64,000 nt of DNA, taken from Octopus vulgaris. Its lineage: Eukaryota. The notes below the pieces were generated by a model. The model was not told the origin of the DNA. It did not search any database and saw nothing but the letters and a program-made list of their open reading frames with translations. The stretch spans positions 34,162,001 to 34,226,000 of the forward strand of contig OX597833.1 in NCBI GenBank assembly GCA_951406725.2, written 5' to 3'. How positions within the stretch are numbered: position 1 is the stretch's first letter; every line of letters starts with the position of its first letter. The position numbers were made by a program, and so were the translations under genes. Below, one piece after another: positions 38,540-51,494 of the stretch.

Positions 38540-39020
38540 TGATGTTGGATAAATTAGGTCTCGGTTCTAAGACTGAGGCCTGTTTTTCAAATGAAGGAAA
38601 ATGTCGTACCTATATTCAAAACTAATAGAAAGGTACCATTTGCTACGATAAATCAGTTAGAGGAAGAATTAGACAGACTAGAGGAGATGGCAATTATTCA
38701 AAAAGTAGATTATTCTAAGTGGGCAGCACCAACTGTGTGTATTAAAAAAAAAAAATAACAAAATCAAGATGTATGCCATTTTTTCTACTGGTTTGAATGA
38801 CTGTCTAAAAATGTGCCACTATCCACTGCCTACTCTGGAGGATTTTTTTTCAAAATTAAATGGTGGCAAAATATTTTCAAAACTGGATCTGTCTGATGCG
38901 TTTTTGCAAATTATAGTAGATGAGGAGTGCTTGAAGCTTCTAACAGTGAATACGCACAGAAGACTATATAAATATAATAGATTGCCATTTGGTCTGAAGG
39001 TCACACTTGCAATATTTCAG
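38540..39020 (+). mobile_element. Ty3/Gypsy reverse transcriptase fragment
   Basis: RKVPFA...EELDRLE...SKWAAPTV, YPLPTLEDFFSKLNGGKIFSKLDLSDAFLQ...TVNTHRRLYKYNRLPFGL. Confidence 0.9.
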
Positions 39021-39439
39021 ATCACACCCCTACTATTTTAAAATAGGAAGGGTATATTGAACAATAGCCATGATCAACCAGTTCAGTTAGTGAACTACTG
39101 CTGTCATCTGAAGTCGCAGCATGTACAGATGAGATATTTCTGCTGATGGAAGACCATTGTGGCTGAAAACCCAAGCCCAACATTTATGCAGTATCGTTCG
39201 ATCGGGATGTCTGGAAGAGGTACACTGGTCTAGACAAATCACCTGACCAGATGATGATGAAAAGAGAAACAAGCTTATCATGGTTGGGATGCCTTGATCA
39301 TCTGCTTCTTCAGGGCTGGCCTGGAGCTGAACAGCTACAGCATCCTTACTCTTGCTGTCATCCATCTATGGTCACATGGGAAAAATATGTAATCTTACTT
39401 TTAAATATCAATGTAAAAGAAAGCAGAAATATTTCTTAC

Positions 39440-39575
39440 AAGTACAGTGTATGTTTTATCTTGCTCAATACAAAATGTTTCTTGCTGCAAAGGTAAAACT
39501 ATCCCTGGAACAAATTCAGATTGCTTGATGGTAGGACCTTGAATACAGCAAGTATGAAGTCTTTTCACATCAAGT
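39440..39575 (-). CDS. BBS12: BBS12-like exon
   Basis: ttgtag|A...CTT|gtaaga; LDVKRLHTCCIQGPTIKQSEFVPGIVL...YTVL. Confidence 0.88.
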
Positions 39576-39678
39576 CTACAACAATAACAAAACATGAGAT
39601 AAATTAATAAAAAGATTAACAATTTACAGTAATGATGGAAAAAAAATTAAATAATAACAATCATAAAATTTAACATAC

Positions 39679-40652
39679 CGAATGTTTTTTTCTTGGTAAG
39701 ATAAATGTTTGTTCTGATATTTTAGTGCCTCTATCACAAAATCTTCAATTTCTGTATGTGCCCCATGGCAAAATGCTTGAACCAAACCTTTAACTTTTTG
39801 CCAAATATCAGTGAAGTTAATATCATGAAAATTTTCAAGTCTTGAAGGAGAGGAATTTTTTTCACTTTCATCTAAAATTAATATTTCCTTAAATTCATCA
39901 CATAATTTAGTATTGACTGCATTAGTAGCAGAATCATAATTTACAGAACAGATTTTGCTTAAGGGATTAAGGTGTTGACTGAACCTAAGATGAGGAAATG
40001 ACTCAGGAATTCTAGATTTTTGAAGCTTGGATTTTATATAGTCCTCTACATAGTTTTCTAACCAATTTTCTCCAGCAGAACTTGCTGTGGTAGTATGACT
40101 AGTTGAACAGTTATTACTGTTTGATGGAATTGGTGAATATACAGATGAATGCTTTGTAAAGAATTGTGTTTCTTTAATGCTATGTTTGGTTACATCTCTA
40201 AAAGATGAAATTTGATCAAAGCAATGGGAAAAATCATCATCATCATCATTAGGAGAAAATACTTTCTTCTCGGGTTTATCAGAATTTATAATGTTGTTCT
40301 CTAAATTTATTTTATTCAAATGTTCATGAAATTCAGGATCTGAGTTGTTCAATTCTGTAGGCTCTTCCAAACTCTCTAGGACAGACTTTGTAGCTGTATC
40401 TTGAAAAAACCAGCTGACATCAGATGTATGCTCAGTCAGAGATAGAACTGAAAAATTAGTAGTTGGCTGAAGTACATTTGGAAGGCTGGATGAATTTTCA
40501 GGCTGGTCAATTTGTGAACTTCTAACAAATGGAGTTTTGTGGCTTGATGGTTCCAAAAACTTGTCGACAGAATATGTCAAGGTATCTACATATTGAATAC
40601 AGTTTTCTATGGTGCTCCTTAATGCTGATGTGATTAAGTATATTGAGATGCC
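39679..40652 (-). CDS. BBS12: BBS12-like large exon
   Basis: ccaacag|GGC...CG|gtatgt, inside ORF 39624-40769; GISIYLITSALRSTIENCIQYV...LVQAFCHGAHTEIEDFVIEALKYQ. Confidence 0.88.
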
Positions 40653-43149
40653 CTGTTGGAGAAATAAAATACAATACAGATGTGGAGTATTACTCAGAGA
40701 AGATATACAGAAACATAAGCATACGTGCTTGAGAGTGAGTGCATTCCTCTCTCCTACACACGCACACATACAATAAACAACAGCTAGAGTTACTCAGAAT
40801 ACTGTTCTAATGGTTGATGGCAACAGCTAGCATGGGTAGGCTACTGAATGTTTGATCCAAAGGAAAAAGAAAGCTTAGTATATAGTAGAGAAAAGCTAAA
40901 GATGATGGAATCAAAAATATTCAATCTGAATAAAATTATTACTGCTGCCACCACCATTTTACATCTGCTTTTCATACTGGAATGGGGTGTCATGGTATGA
41001 ATCAGTTCCCATCTGGAATTACTGCCCTCCTACAGGGATTGCAAATCACGTCACATGTAAGTTCAATTTTGGGCTCCGTTTCTATGGCATGATGTCCTTC
41101 CTAACACCAACTACTTTTAGAAGGCTAAAGGGTCCTTCCTACGCTATGTCAAACTCTGTTCATTCAATGATCACTTTACAGAATGTACTGGACTCATTTA
41201 TCATGGCACTCGACAAATCTAAAGAGTCCTCTATACTCTCATTCAAGGCATCATGACTGAGGGTTGAATAAAAGAGAAAGTGATGCAAGAAAGAACCAGG
41301 GTAGTAAGAGCAAGAGGGTTATAAAAGAAGTAGTAATAGAAGAGAGGACAGTGATGAGCAAATACATGTAAGGAGATTGAGTAGACAGCAATGTGATGTA
41401 GAAAGAGAGTGTAATAGAAGGGAGGGTTCTAGAAAAGGGAATAATAGAAGTGAGAGTGATATCTGTCAAAAACAAAGTAGTAGTTGAGGAAGTAATTTGT
41501 GAGAGTGATTGATAGAAGTAAAGATGAGTAATGGTGAGAGAGACAGAGTGAATGAGTCTCAATGAATAGGTATAGGACAGAGAAATTCTGTTTAGAGAAG
41601 CTGGCAACCTAATCCAGTATTCCAACATGGAAAAACAGTGAATACAATGTTGATGATGAGGTGTTGTTGCATTGTTGCATGCAATTTTGGCTATTTACAG
41701 ATGTAGCTCAGGTGTGCTAAGCTATCTCCCATTTTCAAAATATTTGGTTAATTGGTTGAGATAGATTTGAAGAATAAATTATCCATATATCCATCACACC
41801 ACAATTGAGCTTTCTTGAGCTCAGATGTTCCACCGCTTAGAGCATCTATAGCTACACTTTTCCTGTATCAGATTTGTCCACTGGAAGTTTCAAGTTCAAC
41901 ATTGTACATCAATTATACACTCATCATTTACATAGTGTTTCTACCAATGAACTTCCTCTCTACACATGATACTAGCATAAAAGCACTGCTCCACTCAAAT
42001 ACTAGCCCCACATTTGGTCAAGAAGGCTTTTTTTGTCTTGAAAGTTACTTGGCAACCTCACTAGTGCCAGTGGCATGAAAAATGTAACTATTACACACTG
42101 TAAATTGGTTGGTGTTAGGAAGTGTGTCCAGCCATAGAAACTATGCCAAAATTAACAATGAAGCTCAACTTGTCCCTAGGGCTCACCAAATCCTGTTAAA
42201 ATGGATGTTAAATGATGATAATGATGATGAGTGTTAATATTGGTTTCAAATTTTGGCACAAGGCCAGCAATTTGGAGTTGGGGGTAAGTCAATAACCTTG
42301 AACTCATCAACTGGTATTTATTTTATCAATCCTGAAAGGATGAAAGACAAAGTCAACCTTGGCAGAATTAACATAAAGACAGACAAAATGTCACTAAGCA
42401 TTTTGCACAGCTCACTAATGATTCTGCCAGCTTGCCACCTTATGAAGTGTTAATATTGACAAGACTTTAGTCCTCTTTCCAGCATTTCTGGTAGCACTCA
42501 ACACAAAAGTGTAGGACAAATAGTTAAAACTAAAATGTTATTGCTCTTGACAAAAATTTTTTTTTTAATGTCTGTGTTTATTTTACCAAGTCATCATAGG
42601 TTAAATGGATAATTTTCAATCAAGAAGGGAAGTTTCAATATGTAGAGATGCTTCCCATCATTAATAATTATGAGGAAGCTTCTATACAGTTACACAATCT
42701 GTTAACAATCCCACTCTCTAAAAGGATAGAATAGACATGACTGAAATGCCCTTGATCATAGATTTACTCAAAATCAGGACTGACCTAAAGCTAATCAACA
42801 ATGACATCAACAAAAGGCATATCTAATGTATTTATCAAATACTTGAGTCGTTATCTTTCTCTCCTCATTTTGACATAAAAATTCTAGTTTGAAACAATCT
42901 ACTTAGAAGGGCTACCTTCAACGAAATTTCTCATCTTCAAAAACCACAAAGCTCTTTTACAAGAAATGGTAGAAGGTGCAATGTAAATATTCTGAAAGCA
43001 AATAGTTTATGAAAACTTTAGCATAAATATTCTATAAAATCGGCATTTCTTAATGTGAAACTAAGAGTTAACACATTTAATTCTTTAGCATTACTCGGTC
43101 AAATGTAATGCCTATTCGTTCATATCGTATGGAAATTAATCATACATTT

Positions 43150-44285
43150 CACTGGGCAACAAAAGAGATTTATTGTCTGCTACCATACAAATGGTGCTGT
43201 ACTAAACTAAATCGAGTACGCAGATTATGAATCTGAATTCAGAATTGCTGTAGCACATTAAGATTTTGAGTTATGCACATAATTATATATTAATACTTTA
43301 TTAGAATTAGGAATAGTTAAGTTCAAGGTAAATAATTATTATAATAGTATATTAGTACTGTATATAGTAAATTTATATTCAAGGCAAATAGTATTATAAT
43401 ATAATTGTAAATAGCATATTTATGTTAAGGAAATACTTTATTTTTGATATGCTTAGCTCAGAAATGTTTGAGATACTTGCTCTTCCGCTTATGAGTCATG
43501 CTGGTCTGCCGTTGTAGGAACCAGCAGTATTCACCTATCACGTGTGGGTTGAACCGGCTTTGAAACCTTGTTTCCATCTCAGATATGTCCTGGTGAAACT
43601 TCTCACCATGCTCATCACTAAGGGCACCAAGATTCATTGGAAAAAAATCAAGATGAGAATGCAAGAAGTGCATTTTAAGGGACATTCAGCATCTCGTTCT
43701 TTCGTATGATGTTAGCATGTTGTTTATTAAATCAACATAATTTTCAGCCCAATGATGTCCAAGAAAGTTCTGTACAATTAACACGAATGAATCCCATGCT
43801 GTCAGCTCAACTGAATTCAGTTTACCTCTGAATTTGCTATCAGATATCAATTCTCTGATCTCAGGTCCAATGAAAATGCCTGCTTTCAGTTTTGCATCAC
43901 TTTTCTCTGCACCAAATTTTTCTTTAAGGTACTGGAAGCCACAACCATTGTGCATCCTTGCTTTTATGAAGTTTCTCACGAGGCTGAGTTTGATGTGAAG
44001 AGGAGGAAGGAAACTCTTGTGCGAATTCTACCAGTGGCATATGCTGTACATTGTACTGACCAACTATGTGCCCATCTCTTTTAGGCCAGTCTTTTACAGT
44101 GTAATGACTGCTGTTGTTGAGGTTGTTCCAAACACACAAGAAGAAGGTATTTTTGGTATGTCCCAGCTGCAGTCCTAGGAGGAGGGAAATCACCTTTAAA
44201 TTACCACAAATATTCCACTTGTGAACTGAGTAATTAACTCCTTTCAGAATGAGTTCTATCAATTCATAAGTTTCTTCCATACTGA
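43150..44285 (-). mobile_element. Chapaev-like (CMC group) DNA transposon, 3' half of transposase plus terminus
   Basis: WNICGNLKVISLLLGLQLG, SDAKLKAGIFIGPEIREL, MSLKMHFLHSHLDFFP..LGALSDEHGEKFHQDI; terminus cactgggcaac at 43150; the family name is from recalled motifs. Confidence 0.75.
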
Positions 44286-45003
44286 CAGAAAATTCAGAGA
44301 CAATTGATCATGTTGTTTCTGGTTGCCCAGTCCTTGCTGAAAAGGAGTACCTCATAAGACATGACAGACTAGGGCAGTACATCCACTGGAATGCTTGTAA
44401 ATACTATAAAATAAAATCCCATGATAAGTCATACAAGTACCATCCAGAGGATATAGTAAATGGTGAGGGTGTCACCATCCTTTGGAATATCCCAATACAA
44501 ACAGACAGAAAAATTGACTCCAATTGACCAAACATAGTGATCAAGGACAATAACAGAGGAACTTGTCTGTTAATAGATATGGCTGTCCCACAAGATCAAA
44601 ATGTCTCAAGAAAAGAATACAAAAAGCTTTCTCACTATAAAGATCTGAAAATTGAAATCACAAAATGTGGAAGCTTAGTACTACGATAACACCAGTAGTA
44701 ATTGGTGCGTTGGGAATGATAAAGAAGGGAGCCGAGAAGTATTTAAGCAACTCTAGTAACTCCAATTTCTGTGAACTACAAAAGAAATACTTTGATGGGT
44801 ACAGCCCATATACTATGGAAAGCACTCTCCATCTAAAATGGAATAAGTGTGGTGATAATTTTAGCATGCATAGCAAAACAAAAGTGGCTTTGTTACTCCT
44901 GGCCTCCAAAGGACGTCTGGTACTATGGCAGCAGAAATAAAGTTATAATGAAAAGAAACCATAAATGATGATGATGATAATAACAATAATAATAATGATA
45001 ATA
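44285..45003 (+). mobile_element. R4/Dong-like LINE 3' end with restriction-like endonuclease domain
   Basis: ETIDHVVSGCPVLAEKEYLIRHD...ILWNIPIQTDRKI..(R)PNIVI...CLLIDMAVP...KKLSHYKDL...PVVIGALG; (gat/taa)n tail at about 44964-45003. Confidence 0.8.
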
Positions 45004-45583
45004 AAAGATGGGCTACAGCAAATATTCTGCTCAATACCACAGATTTGCTTATCAGTTGTTTGATTGTAACCAGTTGAGCATGTCCTTAGTGGCTGACAGT
45101 ATGTGCATTTCTGATCATGAGCAGAAGTAGTAGGCGAGCATCATAGCCATGTGTTGAGAGGAATTCTTTGGAGTTTGGATAATTCAACTTTGGAAACATG
45201 GGTGTTTCGTTCAACATCCTTAAATAACCATTATTCTGGACCTTTTGAGCAACAACAACAACAACAATAATAAATGCCCTGATGCAATACCAGGCACTGG
45301 CTCTCATGGCTTCTCATCTTAACTAATTGGAAGTGTTATCAAGTATATTTTGCTTTGATGTAAAAGATAGGCTACAGCAAATATTCTGCTCAATACCACA
45401 GATTTGCTTGTCAGTTGTTTGACCTTAACCAATTGAGCATGTACCTTCGTGGCTGACGATAAGTGCATCTCTGATCACGAGCAGAAGCAGTGGGGGAGCA
45501 TCATAGCCATGTGTTGAGAGGAATTCTTTGGGGTTTGAATAATTTGCCTCAGGAAACATGGGTGTTTCATTCAACATCCTTAA

Positions 45584-45805
45584 CCCTTTCGTTAGTGTAT
45601 TTATTTTGAGATGCTCTGTGTTTCTTTCAATTATTTTAAAATATAACAAAGAATTTAGTAAAATAACTTAGTTATCATTAAGCTAATGTTAGGAACATAA
45701 ATTGGGACTAAGGTTTGGTGGAAGATTTTAATTCAAAACTTATGAAAACAAGGCATTTGTACTATAGAGCCAGAGCCGGTTTCAGTCGGGTTAGTAACAA
45801 AAGGG
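45584..45805. mobile_element. piggyBac-type MITE with perfect TTAA TSD
   Basis: ttaa|ccctttcgttag...gtaacaaaaggg|ttaa; interrupts a repeat whose uninterrupted copy (catccttaaataacc) lies at about 45215-45229. Confidence 0.85.
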
Positions 45806-46057
45806 TTAAACAACCCTTATTCATGGACCTTTTGAGAGGGATAGGTTACTCGGCCTCAAGAAAATTCTAACTAGGCCCCCACCTGCAAGGTCATGTGCTG
45901 TATATCTTGATTTGAGATCAGCATGTCATGCACTTATGGTTGTGATGCATGTACCTGGTGTACCCATATCAGATGGGTATATTAGACTTCATATATTTGT
46001 ACTCCAGTGTCACTTTGATGGCATGCTCAGTTCTCACACTCAATAATAACAATAATA

Positions 46058-46275
46058 ATCCTTTCTATTAAAGGCACAAGGCCTGAAATTTGGTGGGAGG
46101 AGGACTAGTCGATTACATCAACCCCGGTGTTTCACTGGTACTTAATTTATTGACCCTGAAAAGATGAAAGGCAAAGCTGACCTCAGCAGAATTTGAACTC
46201 AGAATGTAAAGATGGGTGAAATGCTGTTAAGCATTTTGCCCAACGTACTAATGATTCTGCCAGCTTTCTGCCTTA
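46058..46275 (-). mobile_element. tRNA-derived SINE (same core as 23776-24010)
   Basis: Reverse complement of the core: gaccctgaaaagatgaaaggcaaagctgacctcagcagaatttgaactcagaa; further decayed copies near 31190, 32390 and 42240. Confidence 0.75.
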
Positions 46276-46308
46276 ATAATAATAAGAGTGACTAGTGGTC
46301 TTATTTAC

Positions 46309-46434
46309 CTGACGTAATAGTTCTGTGCCTATTTGCATCCACTGACCAATAAAATATAAAAGACTTTTAGTCCCACATCCAAATTTTCCATGGTACTCTT
46401 CACAGCAACCAGAAATTACTTGTGTTATAGGATG
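46309..46434 (-). CDS. BBS12: BBS12-like exon with degenerate chaperonin ATP-binding motif
   Basis: ttttctag|CAT...CAG|gtaaat; HPITQVISGCCEEYHGKFGCGTKSLLYFIGQWMQIGTELLRQ (GCGTKS in place of GDGTTS). Confidence 0.88.
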
Positions 46435-46810
46435 CTAGAAAAAAGAAAGGAAAGAAAGACATCAAATTACTGTTCTTCAGAGAAATCTGAGAACAAATAA
46501 CACATGCAAACACACACATACATACAAACAAACAAACATACTCACACGCAATCTTTGATGGATTCTGACTGAAAATTTTATAGCTGAATTAGTAAATTAG
46601 TAATTTTTTTTTCCTTCAATAATTTCTGGTGTTGTTTTTATAGAGTGATGCTGGTATTATTACATTTTTTTCCTCAGTTACAATAGAATATAACTAATTA
46701 CCTTGATTAAAAGAAAAATGTAATGACAGTTGTAAGAGTTTAAAGACAGTAGTTAGACATGGTAGTCATTCAACCAAGATGCAATTTTGTATGTAAAATC
46801 TCAAACATAC

Positions 46811-46889
46811 CTTAGTGTCAATATTCTGGAGAACAACAGCAATGTCTCGAGCAAAAACATGCTTGCTGTCGCAAACTATACACTTGATG
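46811..46889 (-). CDS. BBS12: BBS12-like exon
   Basis: ttttgcag|C...AAG|gtatgt; IKCIVCDSKHVFARDIAVVLQNIDTK. Confidence 0.85.
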
Positions 46890-47091
46890 CTGCAAAACAA
46901 GGAGTTAGGAAAACAAAGTAAAGTTTTTTTGTTCTTTTTTTAATCTGTAAAAGCTGATGAAAATGAATCTCATGGCATTATGCCCTACAGGGAGATGACA
47001 AAGAGGAATGCAAAGAAGGGAGAGTCCTGTGTTAGAAAGGATCCATCCAACCCGTACAAGTATAGAAAAGTGAGCTTCAATATGATTTAAG

Positions 47092-47140
47092 GTGTGTGTG
47101 TGTGTGTGTGTGTGTGTTTGAGAGAGAGAGAGAGAGAGAG
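47092..47140. repeat. (TG)n(AG)n microsatellite
   Basis: Direct reading. Confidence 0.9.
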
Positions 47141-47978
47141 ATTAGACAGAATTGATGAGCCAAATGTTTTCATTTACTACAGAAAACTCTGCCTGGTATT
47201 CAAGGTGGGTTGGGATAGTAAAAACATGAGTATGTTTCAACTAGACATGTACAAATAAAGAACATATTATAATAGGTGCTTTCACAAAAAAAGTAAGAGT
47301 GTGCAAAGTTTTTCAAGTTGTGATGTAAGAAACCAGTGATTCAGGATCTTTACTAAGTCTTACAATACTGCAAGCCTCTTGACCTGCTGGAAACTGCTGT
47401 CAGATCTTCGTCAGATTGCACCCTGCTATTTAGATACAGGAGACATATTAGATAAACTGTATCTGAATAAAAGAAAATATGATTACAAGTAGATTTCTGT
47501 ATTCTTTCACATTGGTCAGCAATTAACACGAAATCTGTCATTCACAGCTTGATAAGAATGAATTCATTCTTATACTAGGACAGCATATGGCACAAATGCT
47601 GGTATACATGATACTTGGTCAAGCCAGAATTAAATGAATAAAGTCACATAAAGCAGCATTGAATAAAATATATTTGTGTTAAGTCATATTTAACACACTC
47701 AAGCACACTTGGACATGGGAAGACCCTACACTGCAGAAATAGACCCAGGAAAAAATTTTCAAATTTGATGTTTGTAGATGACAATGCATAAGAACACAGA
47801 AACATATGCATCCAACAATCCAATGAAGTCATTCACAGCCCAACGTTTTCACACGTGTTGTCTAGGACAGGATACGTATACATATATGTGTATATTACAA
47901 TACACACATATCAGTCAAGTAGAATGTAATAAAAAAAAACTATTGTATATGTGTCTGTGTGTACAATCTATGCATGTT

Positions 47979-48027
<49 letters not shown>

Positions 48028-48524
48028 GTATATACATTCAGATACCCAACACATGTATTATATGGCCCATTTCCTTTAATTTATTGGAATATGTTTATGT
48101 ATATGTACACATATGCACAATGACATCAAACTGTGAATTTAAGTATATATCTTTGCAATATAAATATACATATAAATTTATGAGTCTTGTGTACTATATA
48201 TCACTAATGATTAATGATGATAATTTTTATGCAGATTGACCAATGTGCAGAAGTTGAAGGTAGAATTCTAATGAATCAGTTAATTCCAAGTTCAAATCAT
48301 ATTTAAGAATGGAATAGCTTTGAGATAGCCTTTAAATGAGTTTGATGTGTCTAACAGATTTTTCAGCATTTTTTATACCAAATAACATAAAATTCATAGG
48401 ACAGAATGGACTAGGCAGTGCAGGATACATATGGGTAGAAAGAGCCACTGCAGAGGTCACGGATGTGTAACAACTTGGCAAGAAAAAAATTGATAAAATA
48501 ATGATCATCCCAAAATATAACAAC

Positions 48525-49975
48525 ACTAGCCTAAGGTGACCAGCTCTACGCGCGGGTAAGAGTGTGGTTGTTACTTTCAGTTGCTTCCTTTCAGTTTTTA
48601 ATCACCACATTCTCCCTCTTTGTTTCTCTCTCACTTTCCCACTCTCTTACTCTTCCTTTCTCTCGGACTCTCCCTCGCTTTCTCTTGCTCTTTATCTTTC
48701 TCTATCTATCTTTCTCCAACAAAAGATCTTGAGTAAGTTGAGAAAGGAAATATTTTGAAAGATCAATCATAAATATCAGGCAGTGGCAGCGGAAAGGTCT
48801 GCTTCAAGGCAGACAGCAAAACACTAACATTTAAAAGGGACAGACGAACTTGCGAGCTGAATAAAAATAAAAGAATATTGGAAACCAAAGTTTGAAGGGA
48901 TAGAATCTGAGGATAGTAGAGTCACCATGGCTGGCATTTCTTAACGACGGACAACAACGTAGTGGCAGTTTAACGACTGGCGTAAAATTTTGAACTTGAT
49001 GTAAAAGAAAATTCCTAAACACCAAGTTTTGAAGTGATTCTTTCTCACGACAGTAGACTCACCATGGCAAGCATTCAAAACTTCTTCATCATGGATGGCA
49101 ACACATTGAAGATTTAAAGGCTGGCGCAAATTTTTTAGCTTGATGTAACAGAGAATTCCTAAACACCCACTCCTGTAAATTTTAATCCCCTTCCAGCCCC
49201 ATTTAGACCCCTTTTCACATTTTGGTTAATATAACCCGATTTCATTTGGGTCTACTCGGGCCACATTTTATAAGATGAGGAATTTGAAAAAATAGTTGCC
49301 ATGCAAACTCGCCAGCACTTTTAACATAGGTGTGCATATTTTCAGCTCAACTGACCACATAATGCACACATTATATATATATACATGTACATATATACGC
49401 ATTATATATACAAATTATATATATATATATATATAAATAAATACAGATATATACACTTTGTATATATACATTATATATACATATTTATATATAGAACAGA
49501 CACACATACACACACCTATATAAATTAACCCAATAAATATCTGATTCATAATATTTGTTCTCATGATTGTGTGGTGCCGTTGGCGATAATAATTCTCTCT
49601 ATGAATGCAAATAAACACAGAGAGAGAGAGAGGATGTGGAAGAAAGAGTGAATGCGGCGGGGGGAAAGATAGTAGACACTGTCAAATGACGTTATAGAGA
49701 GAAAGTGAAAGGAAGGGAGGAAAGAGAGAGAGAGAGATGGAGAAAGACAGACACATAAAAGAATGAGAGTAGACTTGTCAAAGTGTGCGTTTTTGGCCCA
49801 GGCAATGACACCTTTTAAGATGGGGATTTCTAACCTAGCCCACTCACATCCTCACCTCATTTTACATGTCCCTGTAAATTTTGGAGTCAATCCGACGGGA
49901 TTTAGTGCCCTTTAACCCGTTCTAATGCCAAAACCAGACACAAACTTTTTGCATTTCAGAATTATAATATAGAGA
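48525..49975 (+). mobile_element. Non-autonomous Helitron-like element
   Basis: Begins actagc...gaccagctctacgcgcgg and ends cagacacaaactttt...attataatatagag, the architecture of Lep1/HINE-like Helitrons; internal tandem duplication of about 135 bp (48910-49030 and 49049-49165) and microsatellites. Confidence 0.55.
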
Positions 49976-50159
49976 TAAAATTCATTTTCCATTAAAAAAT
50001 AGCTTAGGCTTTACACTCTAATTGATAATTTTCATTGATAATTATTTTTAGTATTTTTTACTTAAATCTTGTCAGTTCCCTAAATGTGAAGTGCATACAC
50101 ACATATATCTCATTATCATCATTTTATATTCAGTTTTTATGCCCATATATATATACAAA

Positions 50160-51420
50160 ACTTCAATTGAGATAGCTGGTCCCTCTGTTGAGTCCAAATT
50201 AAACAAACATTCCTTCTAGCATGCATTCTCAACACTTAGTAGCTTTTCATAATGGGATTTCCAAGACTCTCTCTTTGCAGAATCACTAACTGCAAGTGAA
50301 CCATCATCCATGCTAACACATTTCTCTTCTACAACATCACAATATGTCTTGCAATTTGAAACACCTCAAGCCTCAGGTCCTCGTGCTGCAGAACATTAGC
50401 AAACTCTTCCTTTCTGCTTTTTGCTTAGCTAAATATACCTGTCTCCTAACTTCCCTTCAAGATACTTGATATAATTTTCTGCTGTCACCACTCTTTCCAG
50501 GCCTGTTTCTTCTTTCTCATGGCCCTGTCTACTTTGCTGTTCCTCCACCATGTCACTTCATGATTGGGGGACAACTTTGCACCAGTCACCAATTTGGTCA
50601 ATGGCCCTCTTTAAGTTGTCCTGTACGAACCTCCAGTTGTCCTCTATATTATGTGTTACTATCTCTTCCTTTTTCTTGTCAAATGCTTCAGTTAGAATGT
50701 CTCTAAATCTCTGACTGTTCAGCGGATTCTTAAGCTACCAGATCTTTCTTTTCCAGACTGGTTTGCTTTTTAGCACCATTCTAGCCCAGAGTCTTAAGTT
50801 ACAAATGACTAATCTATGTCGAGCGGTGCACCCTTCACTTGGAAAAGACTTTATATTTATATGCAATTGTTTTTCCTGCTTTTTGGTGACAATGTAGTCA
50901 ATCTGGCTTGTGTGGTCATCAGAGTGATAGGTGAAAAGGTGACTAGTTGTTTTCCTGAAGTTAGTATTGCAGATCATAAAGTCATTTACATCACAGAACT
51001 CCAACAGCCTAGTTACCTTCTCACTGTGGGAACCAACTCCATAGCCACCTGGATGCTGCACAACATGCCCATTGAAATCACCAGCCACAAAGAGGTCAGT
51101 CATTTGTCAACACAGCAGTCTGCAAAAGGGTGCCATAAAATTGATTCTTCTGTTTGTATGGCAGTCCCAGATGAGGAGCAAAGGCAGAAATAATAGTTGC
51201 TGTTCCACTTTGCAAAACTAGTCTAGGCTTAAGTATCCTATCACACACTCTGACTACTTCAATTACATTATCAACCTTTTCTCAGCAACAAGTATGCCCA
51301 CACCACCTTACTCCTTGGATACAACACACTTCTACACGCCTTCATTCCAGCATCTCAATAATTTCACCAGACCTACCTTTCAATGTGTGCCAACTGTAAG
51401 GATGAGGAAGGGGTGGCAAG
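50160..51420 (-). mobile_element. RTE-type LINE fragment with AP endonuclease
   Basis: LFVAGDFNGHV...RLLEFC...ICNTNFRK...FTY...SQIDYI...HRLVI; a second shorter copy at about 52850-53200. Confidence 0.85.
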
Positions 51421-51445
51421 GAAGAACACAGAGATAGGGGACAGC

Positions 51446-51490
<45 letters not shown>

Positions 51491-51494
51491 CATA

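Noticed and set aside
39087-39365. 92-aa minus-strand ORF inside a BBS12 intron
   Set aside because: No recognisable motif and not needed for the gene model; it lies next to Gypsy debris and is probably repeat-derived.
47364-47422. Exon-like minus-strand segment VQSDEDLTAVSSRSRGLQY resembling the BBS12 N-terminal 'GLQ'
   Set aside because: It lies downstream of the 54243-54279 exon, so the order is wrong, and its phase-1 end is incompatible with the next exon.
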